A stretch of 40,666 nucleotides of DNA from positions 1-40,666 of the IMG/VR virus record IMGVR_UViG_3300029179_000010. One strand, 5' to 3'. Both the position numbers and the translations under genes were made by a program. The notes below the pieces were generated by a model. That model saw nothing but the letters and a program-made list of their open reading frames with translations. It was not told where the DNA came from and searched no databases. Within the stretch, counting starts at the first letter, position 1; each line of letters begins with the position of its first letter. Origin of the DNA: a virus. Taxonomy: Duplodnaviria; Caudoviricetes. This document shows, one piece after another, positions 18,501-26,733 of this stretch.

Positions 18501-21500
18501 GTAGTTTGGAATGTTTGAAAAACACTTTTGGAATACTCCGCCTTCCCAGTCTGTTCCCAAAGTCCGTCCTTTAATTCCCAGCCCGTATGTGCATAGTCTT
18601 CCCCATTAGCGGCTAACTGCTGCGCCTCGGGTAGCAAAGTAGCGGAATTTACCACGACGTCAACATCCACCGCCGGAGGCGTACCATTCCCCTCAAATAT
18701 AATCTTCGACCCGTTAAGCAGCCGCTTTGCTACCGCTTTAGAAAATTGGTCAAAGGTCATGCCCTCAATTTCATCCGCTGTTAGTTCGGCAATCATCGTG
18801 TCTTTGCCAAACATGGACTTAATGCGCTGCCACATATTCGTAAGCCAACTGCGGAAGCGCGAATAAGTAGTGCCTACCATCTTCGCACCCTGCTCTCCTA
18901 TTGCCGTAGCAAGCGCTTCTTCCGCCACGAAATTGCCTATTTCTTCCTGTGTAGCCCCACCTTCCCGCATCTGCTCAATCTGATCTGCATAAAGGGATTC
19001 CACATATTCCCGGTAAGGGGAGTTTAATGCTTGCTTCTTACCCTCTGCATATATCGTCGGCATGCTTTCCCGTATAGCCGATACCCAGATATGCGCATAT
19101 TCGTGTATGGGGGTAGAAGGATTAGCCACACGCGGGTCAATGTATATCACCCCATTGTGAACAAAGCCCGCTACCGTATAAATAGGTTTCAGCCCTTGCT
19201 CCGCTAATTGTGATAATACCGCGTCTATTTGTGCAATGTCAGATACAACCCTTACTTTTGGAAAGGCTTTGCTCAACTGCGCCGTAACCTGTTTTACTAC
19301 CCGCGCATTTGTTTTTGTGGCACGGACTTCGCTTACTATTTGCTTTGTGACGTTCGGGGCAGGGGGTTCTTGTACCGCCTCTTTGACTTTTTCCGCCTCG
19401 GTAAACGGAATTGCAGATTCCGATTGAGGCTTAGGATTCATAAACATTTCTACGGACGTGCGCGAGAACCACGTTGGGGTTATTAAAACCTCCGCTCCGT
19501 CATTTGTCATGTAGCCAATTTGAACAAGGCTGCCATCAGTTGCTATAACAAATCCCTGCGGGCGCTTGCCGTCATACTGAACCACCGCGTAATCCCCAAC
19601 CGCAATACGCTCAACATCGGTGCGCGGGTTCTGCGTGTCTAACTGTGATGTGCGCTGCTTTACCTCCGCTAAAGTTGTCCACGCCTTTTCTTCTTTTGGG
19701 TAATAGAGCTTTTGCATGGCAAAAATCGTATGTGCTACACTACGCGGGACTCCTTCTTCTTTAGCTAACTTGTTGGCCTCAATCAAAACTATTGCTTCGT
19801 CTAAATTGGGATGTTTTTGTTTAGCTGTTTTCAGAAGAAGAATTTCGCTGGGCATTAAAACAACTCCAGCGGCTTCATCTGCGGACGCTTCAGGTTCTTC
19901 GGTTTCGGCGACCTCTGCGGCTTCGGATTCTCCAACATTGATATTTTCGTCACCTCCAACAACTCGTTCAGTTGTTGGTGATATTCCGGGGTCTCCGATT
20001 TCGGCTTCCGGCTCAGGTTGAATATTGACATCAAGGTCCTTTGCTGCTGTTCGGGAGTTAAGTTCATCCTCTACTGTTTGAATTATTTCTAAGGCGGTCG
20101 GCACGTCAAAGTTGCCTACCTCCTCCTTTAATTGTGCTATCTCGCCCGGGTTGTTCCTTTCTAATAACTGACGGATTTCTGAAATAGGACTGGATTCCTG
20201 TCCGTATTCCGCAATTACTTCCTTCGCGGGGGGCGTTTCTTTTCGCAACCTTAAAATATATTCTTCACCTAATGGTTCCGTTGAATCATCGAGGATTTCA
20301 TCCGCCCTTACCTTTAAGGATATAACACGCCCCTCGCCCGCATAATCCTCTGCAAGCTGCTTGTTTGTTGTGACAAAATCACCAGATTTGATTTTATTTA
20401 CTCCTTTGGAGACACCTCGGTAAACCACTATCTTAGTGTCGGGATTGACTCCCGCAGTCTTATCGAAGGTAGTGATATTTTCGCCTAACGGGAGGTCATC
20501 TCTCTGCTCTGGGGCATATTCCGCAAACACGCTTCCTGTGGGGTTTAGCGTATTTAAAACAGCGCCAGCTTCGGGCTGTGGTGTTGCGGCAACTTCTTCT
20601 ATAACAACTTCCGCCACCGGAGGCGTTTTGCTTTCTACGGCCTTTGCCTCTATTGTTCTCGGAAGCGCATCCATGCGGTTGTTCAAATCAATAGCCCAGT
20701 CCTCTTTTGCACTTAACGCAAGGTCAAAGACTTTCCCGACTAAGGTCTTTTTGAATTTAGCAAATGATGTGCGAATACGGTTTAGACGTTCGTTTGCGTC
20801 CTGTACCGCCGATGCGTAATCCGGTTCTTGTCCGGTGTATTCATTTATGCGGTTGCCAATCTTTACCACTTCGTCAATCTCCTGACTTATTGGCGTCAGC
20901 TTTGAAGATATTTTTTCGGGTATAACAGGGCGTTCCGCTGCTATTTCTGTAGCCGGGGATGTTTCTTCCTCAACAACCTCTGTTGTTTCGGTCGGAGTTC
21001 CTTTCTCCACCGCTTCTTCTACTGTGGGCTTCTCGGCTTCTTCCCTGTATTGCATTGCCGTGATTTCATCCGGGGACAAGCCTATCATGCTCCGCCAGTT
21101 CGTCATGGCTTTGTTCTGAACCGCACGTTGTGCAAGCAAGCCCGGCTGTTTGCGCTCAAAGCCTATGTTTACGTTGCCGTCCTGTATGGAAGTTATTCCC
21201 GGAATAGCAATGCCATAATCATTCTTAACCGTTAGGGGAGCCAATGTTGCCCCCTCCAAAAGCTCTACCGTCTGAATGGCTTTTCTGAAAACAGGGTCAG
21301 AGGCAATGATGTCAATATCAGCCTCTGATTGTGCTACTTCGGCGGCGCGGGAAAGCGTCCGGCGGATATAATCCTTCGCATCGTTCGCCCCGCGCAAAGC
21401 ATCAAAGTAGGTCATGCGCAAATCGCCCGTAGGGTCTGTCATGTGTGAAGTCAGACGCAAAGTGCGCTGCATAGTAGCTAAATCCTGCTTAGTCATCTGT

Positions 21501-23044
21501 GCCTGCTCTCGCGTTATCGTGCCGTTTGCAGCCGAAGCATCTACCGTTTTTCCTAATTCAATGGCATATTCCGTACCGCGCCCCAAATTCTCCGCCCTTG
21601 CCATTTCCCCGAAAAGGTCTTTTGCAAATCCTGTTCGTGTAGCAAGCGGGCCGATAGCGCCTACTGTGCCGCCCGTTACTCCACCAATCAATCCCTCAAA
21701 GATATTTTGCCATGCTGTCTGCCCCTGAAAGCCGGGCTGTAAATCGGTACGCCCGGCGGGGATGTCCTCCGCACGAAGCGAATACACGTCCTCAAATTTA
21801 CCCGTGCCGACTTTTTCATTTGACGGTTGTGCGTAGTTGTATAGCGTTTTCGCAGCGGACTCCAGTACTCCCTGTACCGTCTCGTCAGCGCCTTCTTTTA
21901 ATCCCTGCTCAATGGCTATCATGCCAGCTTTTTTGATTGCTTCCTGTATGGACTCACTATATACAAGTGCCGCCTCTTTCAGCAATCCCTTCGTCATGCC
22001 TTTTTCAGTAATCTCCGCTACTGCCTTTCCTACGGCTTCCGATACAAACGGTTTAGTAGCAGCGTTCCGAGACATTGCCGCAACCACGTTTTCTACGCCG
22101 AAGTTTACGTCCATCCATGACGTAATTAATGCAATAGAACCCGCCATCAACCGCGCATCATCGTCTGGCAATCCACTCTTACGGGCATCTTCCAATGACA
22201 TACCGTAAGCCCCAAAGAAATTTGTCAAATAAGGAACTGCCGACCGCCCCTGCGTAGCTGCTACCGCACCAATTTGCGCCGCCGCCTGTCCTAATGCGGA
22301 ACCCCATGCCGCCGCGTCCCATTTTCCGGGCTCAGATTTAATCGGGGGATCAATATATGGAAGCACATAGTCAATCCCGCTTTCTGCATATTTCGCCGCC
22401 TGGGCTACTATGTTCCCGTTTACATAGTCTGTTGCTGCCTTAACGGGGCTTTTTGCTCCAGGAGCAAACACTGCCGCCGGGTTAGTCAATTGTCCAAGTC
22501 CGCCAACCGCATCCAGTAAAAAAGACGGCGTGTTCACAACCCCTTTAGCAACCGCCGAAACAAAGTTAGGAATTGCCGCTGCAAAGTTTACCGTAAAATT
22601 AAACAGCCCTTCCCCCACCGTGCTTATACCATATGGATCGCTTCCTAATGGCTTTTGTTGCAGCGTATTTGCCTGCTGAACAGGCTTAATCGAAACACCC
22701 GACATTTTACCCATGCCTTGCAAAACAGGCAACTCTTCTAATTTAGGCGTAGTAAAATCTACCAATACCCTTCCAAGCTCCGTATTGGAGGCTATTCCAT
22801 ATTGCGCTAAATTAGATGGCGGTGCTTCCGCCTTTACGGGTTCTTGCCGAACAGGCACTCGCCCAAACAAAATGTCAACGGGCGTTGTTGCGCCGTTTTG
22901 CTTACGCAGCCCCAAATCAACCTCTGCCGGGTCAGCGCCCTTTTTAATAAGCCCTGCACGGATAGTTGCATCGTCATAACCATTTGAGCGCAAAGCATCT
23001 ACTGAGCGGCTGACATTTATTTTAAGTTTGTCGTCTCCGGGCAT
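15569..23044 (-). CDS. Giant putative ejection/polyvalent protein with ART-like and zincin metallopeptidase domains
   Basis: 2491 aa; VVYRG...GDFVTT...AEDYAG (ART-like); IYIDP...TPIHEYAHIW...EEALA (HExxH); third of the ejection trio. Confidence 0.7.
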   Translation of the reverse strand: MPGDDKLKINVSRSVDALRSNGYDDATIRAGLIKKGADPAEVDLGLRKQNGATTPVDILFGRVPVRQEPVKAEAPPSNLAQYGIASNTELGRVLVDFTTPKLEELPVLQGMGKMSGVSIKPVQQANTLQQKPLGSDPYGISTVGEGLFNFTVNFAAAIPNFVSAVAKGVVNTPSFLLDAVGGLGQLTNPAAVFAPGAKSPVKAATDYVNGNIVAQAAKYAESGIDYVLPYIDPPIKSEPGKWDAAAWGSALGQAAAQIGAVAATQGRSAVPYLTNFFGAYGMSLEDARKSGLPDDDARLMAGSIALITSWMDVNFGVENVVAAMSRNAATKPFVSEAVGKAVAEITEKGMTKGLLKEAALVYSESIQEAIKKAGMIAIEQGLKEGADETVQGVLESAAKTLYNYAQPSNEKVGTGKFEDVYSLRAEDIPAGRTDLQPGFQGQTAWQNIFEGLIGGVTGGTVGAIGPLATRTGFAKDLFGEMARAENLGRGTEYAIELGKTVDASAANGTITREQAQMTKQDLATMQRTLRLTSHMTDPTGDLRMTYFDALRGANDAKDYIRRTLSRAAEVAQSEADIDIIASDPVFRKAIQTVELLEGATLAPLTVKNDYGIAIPGITSIQDGNVNIGFERKQPGLLAQRAVQNKAMTNWRSMIGLSPDEITAMQYREEAEKPTVEEAVEKGTPTETTEVVEEETSPATEIAAERPVIPEKISSKLTPISQEIDEVVKIGNRINEYTGQEPDYASAVQDANERLNRIRTSFAKFKKTLVGKVFDLALSAKEDWAIDLNNRMDALPRTIEAKAVESKTPPVAEVVIEEVAATPQPEAGAVLNTLNPTGSVFAEYAPEQRDDLPLGENITTFDKTAGVNPDTKIVVYRGVSKGVNKIKSGDFVTTNKQLAEDYAGEGRVISLKVRADEILDDSTEPLGEEYILRLRKETPPAKEVIAEYGQESSPISEIRQLLERNNPGEIAQLKEEVGNFDVPTALEIIQTVEDELNSRTAAKDLDVNIQPEPEAEIGDPGISPTTERVVGGDENINVGESEAAEVAETEEPEASADEAAGVVLMPSEILLLKTAKQKHPNLDEAIVLIEANKLAKEEGVPRSVAHTIFAMQKLYYPKEEKAWTTLAEVKQRTSQLDTQNPRTDVERIAVGDYAVVQYDGKRPQGFVIATDGSLVQIGYMTNDGAEVLITPTWFSRTSVEMFMNPKPQSESAIPFTEAEKVKEAVQEPPAPNVTKQIVSEVRATKTNARVVKQVTAQLSKAFPKVRVVSDIAQIDAVLSQLAEQGLKPIYTVAGFVHNGVIYIDPRVANPSTPIHEYAHIWVSAIRESMPTIYAEGKKQALNSPYREYVESLYADQIEQMREGGATQEEIGNFVAEEALATAIGEQGAKMVGTTYSRFRSWLTNMWQRIKSMFGKDTMIAELTADEIEGMTFDQFSKAVAKRLLNGSKIIFEGNGTPPAVDVDVVVNSATLLPEAQQLAANGEDYAHTGWELKDGLWEQTGKAEYSKSVFQTFQTTDGIAESQVRKTNAASATKFQLLPGTSDNDMILDEALFPTNTETAAFNSVRGIVGWMTDNIEGVPVDEAALNIQNAFRRWVNASQQITQDKFESRAKSAGLHGKSWADFYAGFNDLSVMKDVAAFASDPEGFELAPGREKVTLIIAGQPKEIPNPYRKIAGILFGGSKIDGIPNTESLFEGYAKFHRSNFTHTTSGQRMWTRLPGNNSAIVRTVTSMRQRAEATTRAGRFQNFIRKNLQGVFNLHTIGMAYFAPNSYGREVFTNKVYESLKKYAPIFEKGSVTLQRVADACDHITVYRGRNTWATVDKMTFPALEWNKETERFQPAEIEIPVSEAISLVMIYDTQMASYGKSSLIVRDRNRASGAAYQKHYGNKKAEVEHSYFIFESSEEIEAIRDRIMNNPEYKAAYDAVKQGFNDPERFTAVADLYAKIVGQPLQQVTGANGAGEYFRLVAVTTAPDTIASATGGNTAFIDRISILNQRIGAGEAVLLTDAVGHLHRYLAKTDEFLKNGEHVFNLAIFADDIKVHIAGQSGLQEEGAKLLEAIERHIEALNDYNKYLATYIKTGGDVGKVINALTRNFAIARFALSFGVPLKQSVGFTGSLGLGIVDDKYILAELPWLTKETASSMVSQFNLSNIGPRNTGSRIERTVGQRSFYDTIEEVKQYPEAAEIFNRITGLYTADTEFVSTMRHIISSGIDQESGVVEHLRKLSDEYGMYATRRVDRAVILAQYRAARAEALANAGVDNVAALTQAQRTEMFDKAVRLMYATNVMYDVATRTTQQLDKSFIGQILGLFSGQSQRMLNTVAQAWYDWHDGVPGGRARFFASAGTMVVVNAIAISFINMLVSAFRKTLCGVVGGNAKKDLDLTTNQRLVDFVINTVENVIQMRPGLSASTAEAILSQIDNAPYTSKVGDNVGVEQFNKTVEIVANVFNEAAKEHKRPDLLKSVENSLLLTAETLGVLPSEIKRITACMLKAN

Positions 23045-23049
23045 ATCTT

Positions 23050-24543
23050 TTAATCGAGTCTGTCAATTATTATCCCCTCTTCTTTCGAAATTTCCAGTTG
23101 ATTCATTGCCTGTGTCTTTGACGGGCTCAGTACGCCGTACTGTGAAGCGGCGGACTGTTCGTCGTTGGGATTATACGGAACTATAAATTCAGAGCCATCC
23201 AATGTCTTTAGGGCGGCGTATGTGCCGCCTTTAATGTCTTTTAATATCAGCATACTCTGGATCGGAATGCCCTGCTTTCCATTAGCGACTTGCAGATAAG
23301 GGCGAACCCTGTCGTCGTTGAAATTGTCTGCATATACCGGGGTCATATAGTTTTCCCCACTCTTTCTCAAAAAGACCGGCCGTTGGTCAGGTGTCCAAAC
23401 ATCAACGACTTTTGTTGTCTTTTTTCGGGTATTATTTTCACTGGTGCCGCCTGTAACTTCTTCCACCACCGTTGGTGTGCTAACAATCCCTAATAATCTG
23501 CCTAATGCCGTTTTGGCGGCAACGCTTGTCTGATAGGGGGTGTATTGAACAGGGGTATAGTCGGACATATGGGGGGTTGCTGTTGGCGTAATAGCCATTA
23601 CTACGCCCGGTCTGCCCGCGCTTGTAGTGGGATTCAATACATTTAACGGCGCTTGCTGTGGTTTGTTTGACAAGTCCTGCCCGCGACGCTTCAATGCTTC
23701 TGCCGCCCGATTATGCCGTTCCTCCTCCGCTTCCTGTTTCTTTTTCAAATCCAGAAGCGCGTTCCTGTATTGGACGTCAATATTGTTCCATTGTAAACCG
23801 TCACGCACTTTGTCGTAGTGTTTGTCCACCCAATATTGCGCGTCCGGCTGCGGGATACCCTCTTGTGTTGCCCACGCCAGTACGTCCTCTTTAGACATAT
23901 ACTGATTATTCAGCCCCGTAGGGTCGGCGTGTGTGTTGGCAAATTCCTTAATCTTTGCCACGTCAAACTTAAACCCGCCGGAGTAGTTTAGCTCCGAGGT
24001 CTTGTTTGCCACAAAGTCCATAAGGTTTTCCTCAAATGACCCCGTCTTTACTACCTCTTTGCCATTCTCCAACGTGTTCCATTGTACCGGGCGCAACTCC
24101 ATGCCGTCCTGTAAATCTTTGTCCGCAAGCCCCTTGTTTGTCTTGTTCATTATGGCACGCTTCAGCGTAGGGTCGTTAGTCATGTTGATTTTAAAATTGT
24201 CAACCCATTGACCTCCCTCTACCTCCAAAAACCTTAACGCATCCCCACCGTAGTCGCGGATACGTTTGTATAAATCGGCTCGCGCACGCTCATTGAACGT
24301 TACCGCCCGCTGCTGGTCTTGCGGCAAAAGCCCCAATGAAGCAATCGCCTGAAACTGTGCCGATATTTCCTTTTCCCGGTTCTGCTTGTTTGCCGCACGG
24401 GTCTGAAGCATATTTGTCACCTGCTGCTCATATATCAACGCATTCTGCCTATCCAGCCTTGCTTGCGCAAAGTTGGTACGCGGACGCAATGCTATTGCAA
24501 TTGCAGGGTTGCCAGCCATGAACTTTCCGTAACTCGTAGGCAT
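23050..24543 (-). CDS. Putative ejection/internal core protein
   Basis: Helical, Gln/Asn-rich, no Cys; between the cargo gene and the giant gene. Confidence 0.55.
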   Translation of the reverse strand: MPTSYGKFMAGNPAIAIALRPRTNFAQARLDRQNALIYEQQVTNMLQTRAANKQNREKEISAQFQAIASLGLLPQDQQRAVTFNERARADLYKRIRDYGGDALRFLEVEGGQWVDNFKINMTNDPTLKRAIMNKTNKGLADKDLQDGMELRPVQWNTLENGKEVVKTGSFEENLMDFVANKTSELNYSGGFKFDVAKIKEFANTHADPTGLNNQYMSKEDVLAWATQEGIPQPDAQYWVDKHYDKVRDGLQWNNIDVQYRNALLDLKKKQEAEEERHNRAAEALKRRGQDLSNKPQQAPLNVLNPTTSAGRPGVVMAITPTATPHMSDYTPVQYTPYQTSVAAKTALGRLLGIVSTPTVVEEVTGGTSENNTRKKTTKVVDVWTPDQRPVFLRKSGENYMTPVYADNFNDDRVRPYLQVANGKQGIPIQSMLILKDIKGGTYAALKTLDGSEFIVPYNPNDEQSAASQYGVLSPSKTQAMNQLEISKEEGIIIDRLD

Positions 24544-24547
24544 AGCC

Positions 24548-26731
24548 TTATTGATTTATAAGCATATCAGTCTGCATCGGAGTGAAGCCGTTGTAGAGCA
24601 TGACATTGCGTAGTTGGTCGGCATAAAGGCTTTGCTGGTCGCCTAATGCCCTGAGATACTTCTCGTATGAACTTCCCGCACCATAAGCAGAAACAAATTG
24701 TGCACGGTCGCTGATAGACTGCAAGCTTGCGTCGAGTAATGCAAGGTTCGCGCTTTCCTGCTGTTCGTATTGACGCGCTTTATCCATGTACTGCATACGG
24801 TCATACTGAACCGCCGTAGGCAATACCGCTGCATAAGCCGCCCTGTTCTGACGACGGACGTTCTCATTCAGTAAAGTACCCTGAACTACGCCTTGCTGCC
24901 TTTGTGCCGCCGCCTGACGGATAGCCGCAAGCGTTGCACCGGGGGAAGCACTCTGGGCTACACTACGGATTGCGCCAATATTTGCGTCAAATGTCTTGTT
25001 CAACTGATTTTCATAGTTGACCAATTCTGCCGGGGATAATCCGCGCTGCGCTTCCTGACGGGCGCTTTCTACATAGTCTGTGAACTCCGTAGGTATATCC
25101 CATTGTGGCGGCGGAGTAGAACCCGCAACCGCACCATAAACCGCACCCAAAGCATCAGAAGCCGTACCAAGCCAGTCAGATGTTGACATCTTGCCCTCAC
25201 TTGTTTCAGGCAGATTAAAGTTGCCTTTCAGGCGCATTGAATAGTCCGTTAGCCCTCCTGTTGTAGGATTGCCTTTCTCTGTGACTTTTCCTGTGACAGT
25301 TGCTTGTTCCTCTCCTATTTCTGTTTCAGGGCGATCATTCATTGCCATTTGATGCAGTTGTGTCTCCCACGAAGGACGAAAAGTCATATTGTCATAGTGA
25401 ATGTCACGAGGTTTAAGCGACTCAGAAGGAGACGAAGCACCCTCCGAAAGTCTTGCCATATTGTCCTTGTTAAAAATGCCATATAGCACCCCCACCGGAG
25501 GCCAGCCCTCATTTCGGGTCATGCCTCCAGCTTTATACATTTTGCCACACGCCGCATGACGACCACCAGCAACCCATCCAAAGTATCTGCGCTGCTTGTC
25601 AGTAAGTGGACGGCCATTAGCCGTTTTGTCGTGAAGCATAGTGCGGGCTTTCTCGGCCGTAAGTCCGCCTTCTTTCATGCAGTCCTCACATTCTTCTTCA
25701 TAGCCAATAACTTCTTCTGCTTCCTCCTGTTTCTCATGGCGCTTTATTGCCGTTGCCGTATAGGCTCCCAATGCCGCAATAAGCCCGGTTTCAGCTAACG
25801 CTTCCATGACAATATTGTCTTTCTGAGAAAAGATACGCTCGTCATAGCGCATCTCCCCAACCTTGCGACCCGTTTCTTTGTCAAACATGACAATATCCTC
25901 ACGTTCGTCATGGTCAGCATATATCATTGAAGGTTCCCCGCCATCTGCGTAACGCATACCTTTGGGGCGTATCATGTTGACCCCTTTGCTAAATTCTACG
26001 GCAAAGTCGCCTGACTGCATTACACCGCCCTTAGCAAACCTTCTCATGCCGCCGCCGCGCCTGTAATTATACGTCAGGTGCTTTTCTGAGTCATTGCTAA
26101 GATCGGCTCCAAATTGTCCACTTGCTAACCCGCCGATAAGCCCCGTAATGTCACCAAGCGCTTTTGCACCTAAGTCCAAAGTGCCGCCAAGCCCGGCTGC
26201 CCCGGAAGTGGCTGTGTCTGTCAGGTCTAATCTTTTAAGGGCTTCTGTCAATCCGCCGTCACCGTACTTGCGCATCTTACCGCCAAAGCGAAATGAAGTG
26301 CTGTCCATGTTTCTGAATTGTTTGTACTGTGCCTGCTTCTTACGCAGCTCTTCCTCCGCCGTTGCCTGTGAAGATAAAGGCGAGATAATAGCATCGCTGC
26401 CAGAACTTATCGCCGTTCCCACACCGGGAACAAAAGCGTTAGCCACCGTAGCACCTACGTCAACAAAGCCTTTCAGTCGCGCCCATTCGTCGTCCGTCTG
26501 GTCTTTGATGTTGGCAAGAGTGTCAGAGCCTTCGCTTGCCGTGGCTTGTGCCATTGCGTTGCCAATTACCCCCGCGCCGGGAATAATTGCACTCGTTATC
26601 TTGCCCCACCAATTGCGTTTACCCCGCCTGTCATAGCCAAGCAGGGAGCGCAGGAAACTGCCTTCTTCGTATTTAGGCGGTTCGTACCGCTCTTGCGGTG
26701 GGAGCGTCTCTTTTGTGCTAAATATAGGCAT
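24548..26731 (-). CDS. Putative cargo/ejection protein with repeated hydrophobic-x-x-GG motifs
   Basis: Gly/Ala hydrophobic segments, Gln-rich coil, eight [FYMW]xxGG motifs; follows the muzzle gene. Confidence 0.6.
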   Translation of the reverse strand: MPIFSTKETLPPQERYEPPKYEEGSFLRSLLGYDRRGKRNWWGKITSAIIPGAGVIGNAMAQATASEGSDTLANIKDQTDDEWARLKGFVDVGATVANAFVPGVGTAISSGSDAIISPLSSQATAEEELRKKQAQYKQFRNMDSTSFRFGGKMRKYGDGGLTEALKRLDLTDTATSGAAGLGGTLDLGAKALGDITGLIGGLASGQFGADLSNDSEKHLTYNYRRGGGMRRFAKGGVMQSGDFAVEFSKGVNMIRPKGMRYADGGEPSMIYADHDEREDIVMFDKETGRKVGEMRYDERIFSQKDNIVMEALAETGLIAALGAYTATAIKRHEKQEEAEEVIGYEEECEDCMKEGGLTAEKARTMLHDKTANGRPLTDKQRRYFGWVAGGRHAACGKMYKAGGMTRNEGWPPVGVLYGIFNKDNMARLSEGASSPSESLKPRDIHYDNMTFRPSWETQLHQMAMNDRPETEIGEEQATVTGKVTEKGNPTTGGLTDYSMRLKGNFNLPETSEGKMSTSDWLGTASDALGAVYGAVAGSTPPPQWDIPTEFTDYVESARQEAQRGLSPAELVNYENQLNKTFDANIGAIRSVAQSASPGATLAAIRQAAAQRQQGVVQGTLLNENVRRQNRAAYAAVLPTAVQYDRMQYMDKARQYEQQESANLALLDASLQSISDRAQFVSAYGAGSSYEKYLRALGDQQSLYADQLRNVMLYNGFTPMQTDMLINQ

Positions 26732-26733
26732 CT

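Noticed and set aside
15569-23044. crAss-type virion RNA polymerase
   Set aside because: No DxDxD catalytic motif found; recognisable motifs are peptidase and ART-like. A profile search is needed to exclude it fully.
24548-26731. Portal protein, based on size
   Set aside because: Gly/Ala-rich low-complexity composition and position after the muzzle gene fit a cargo protein.
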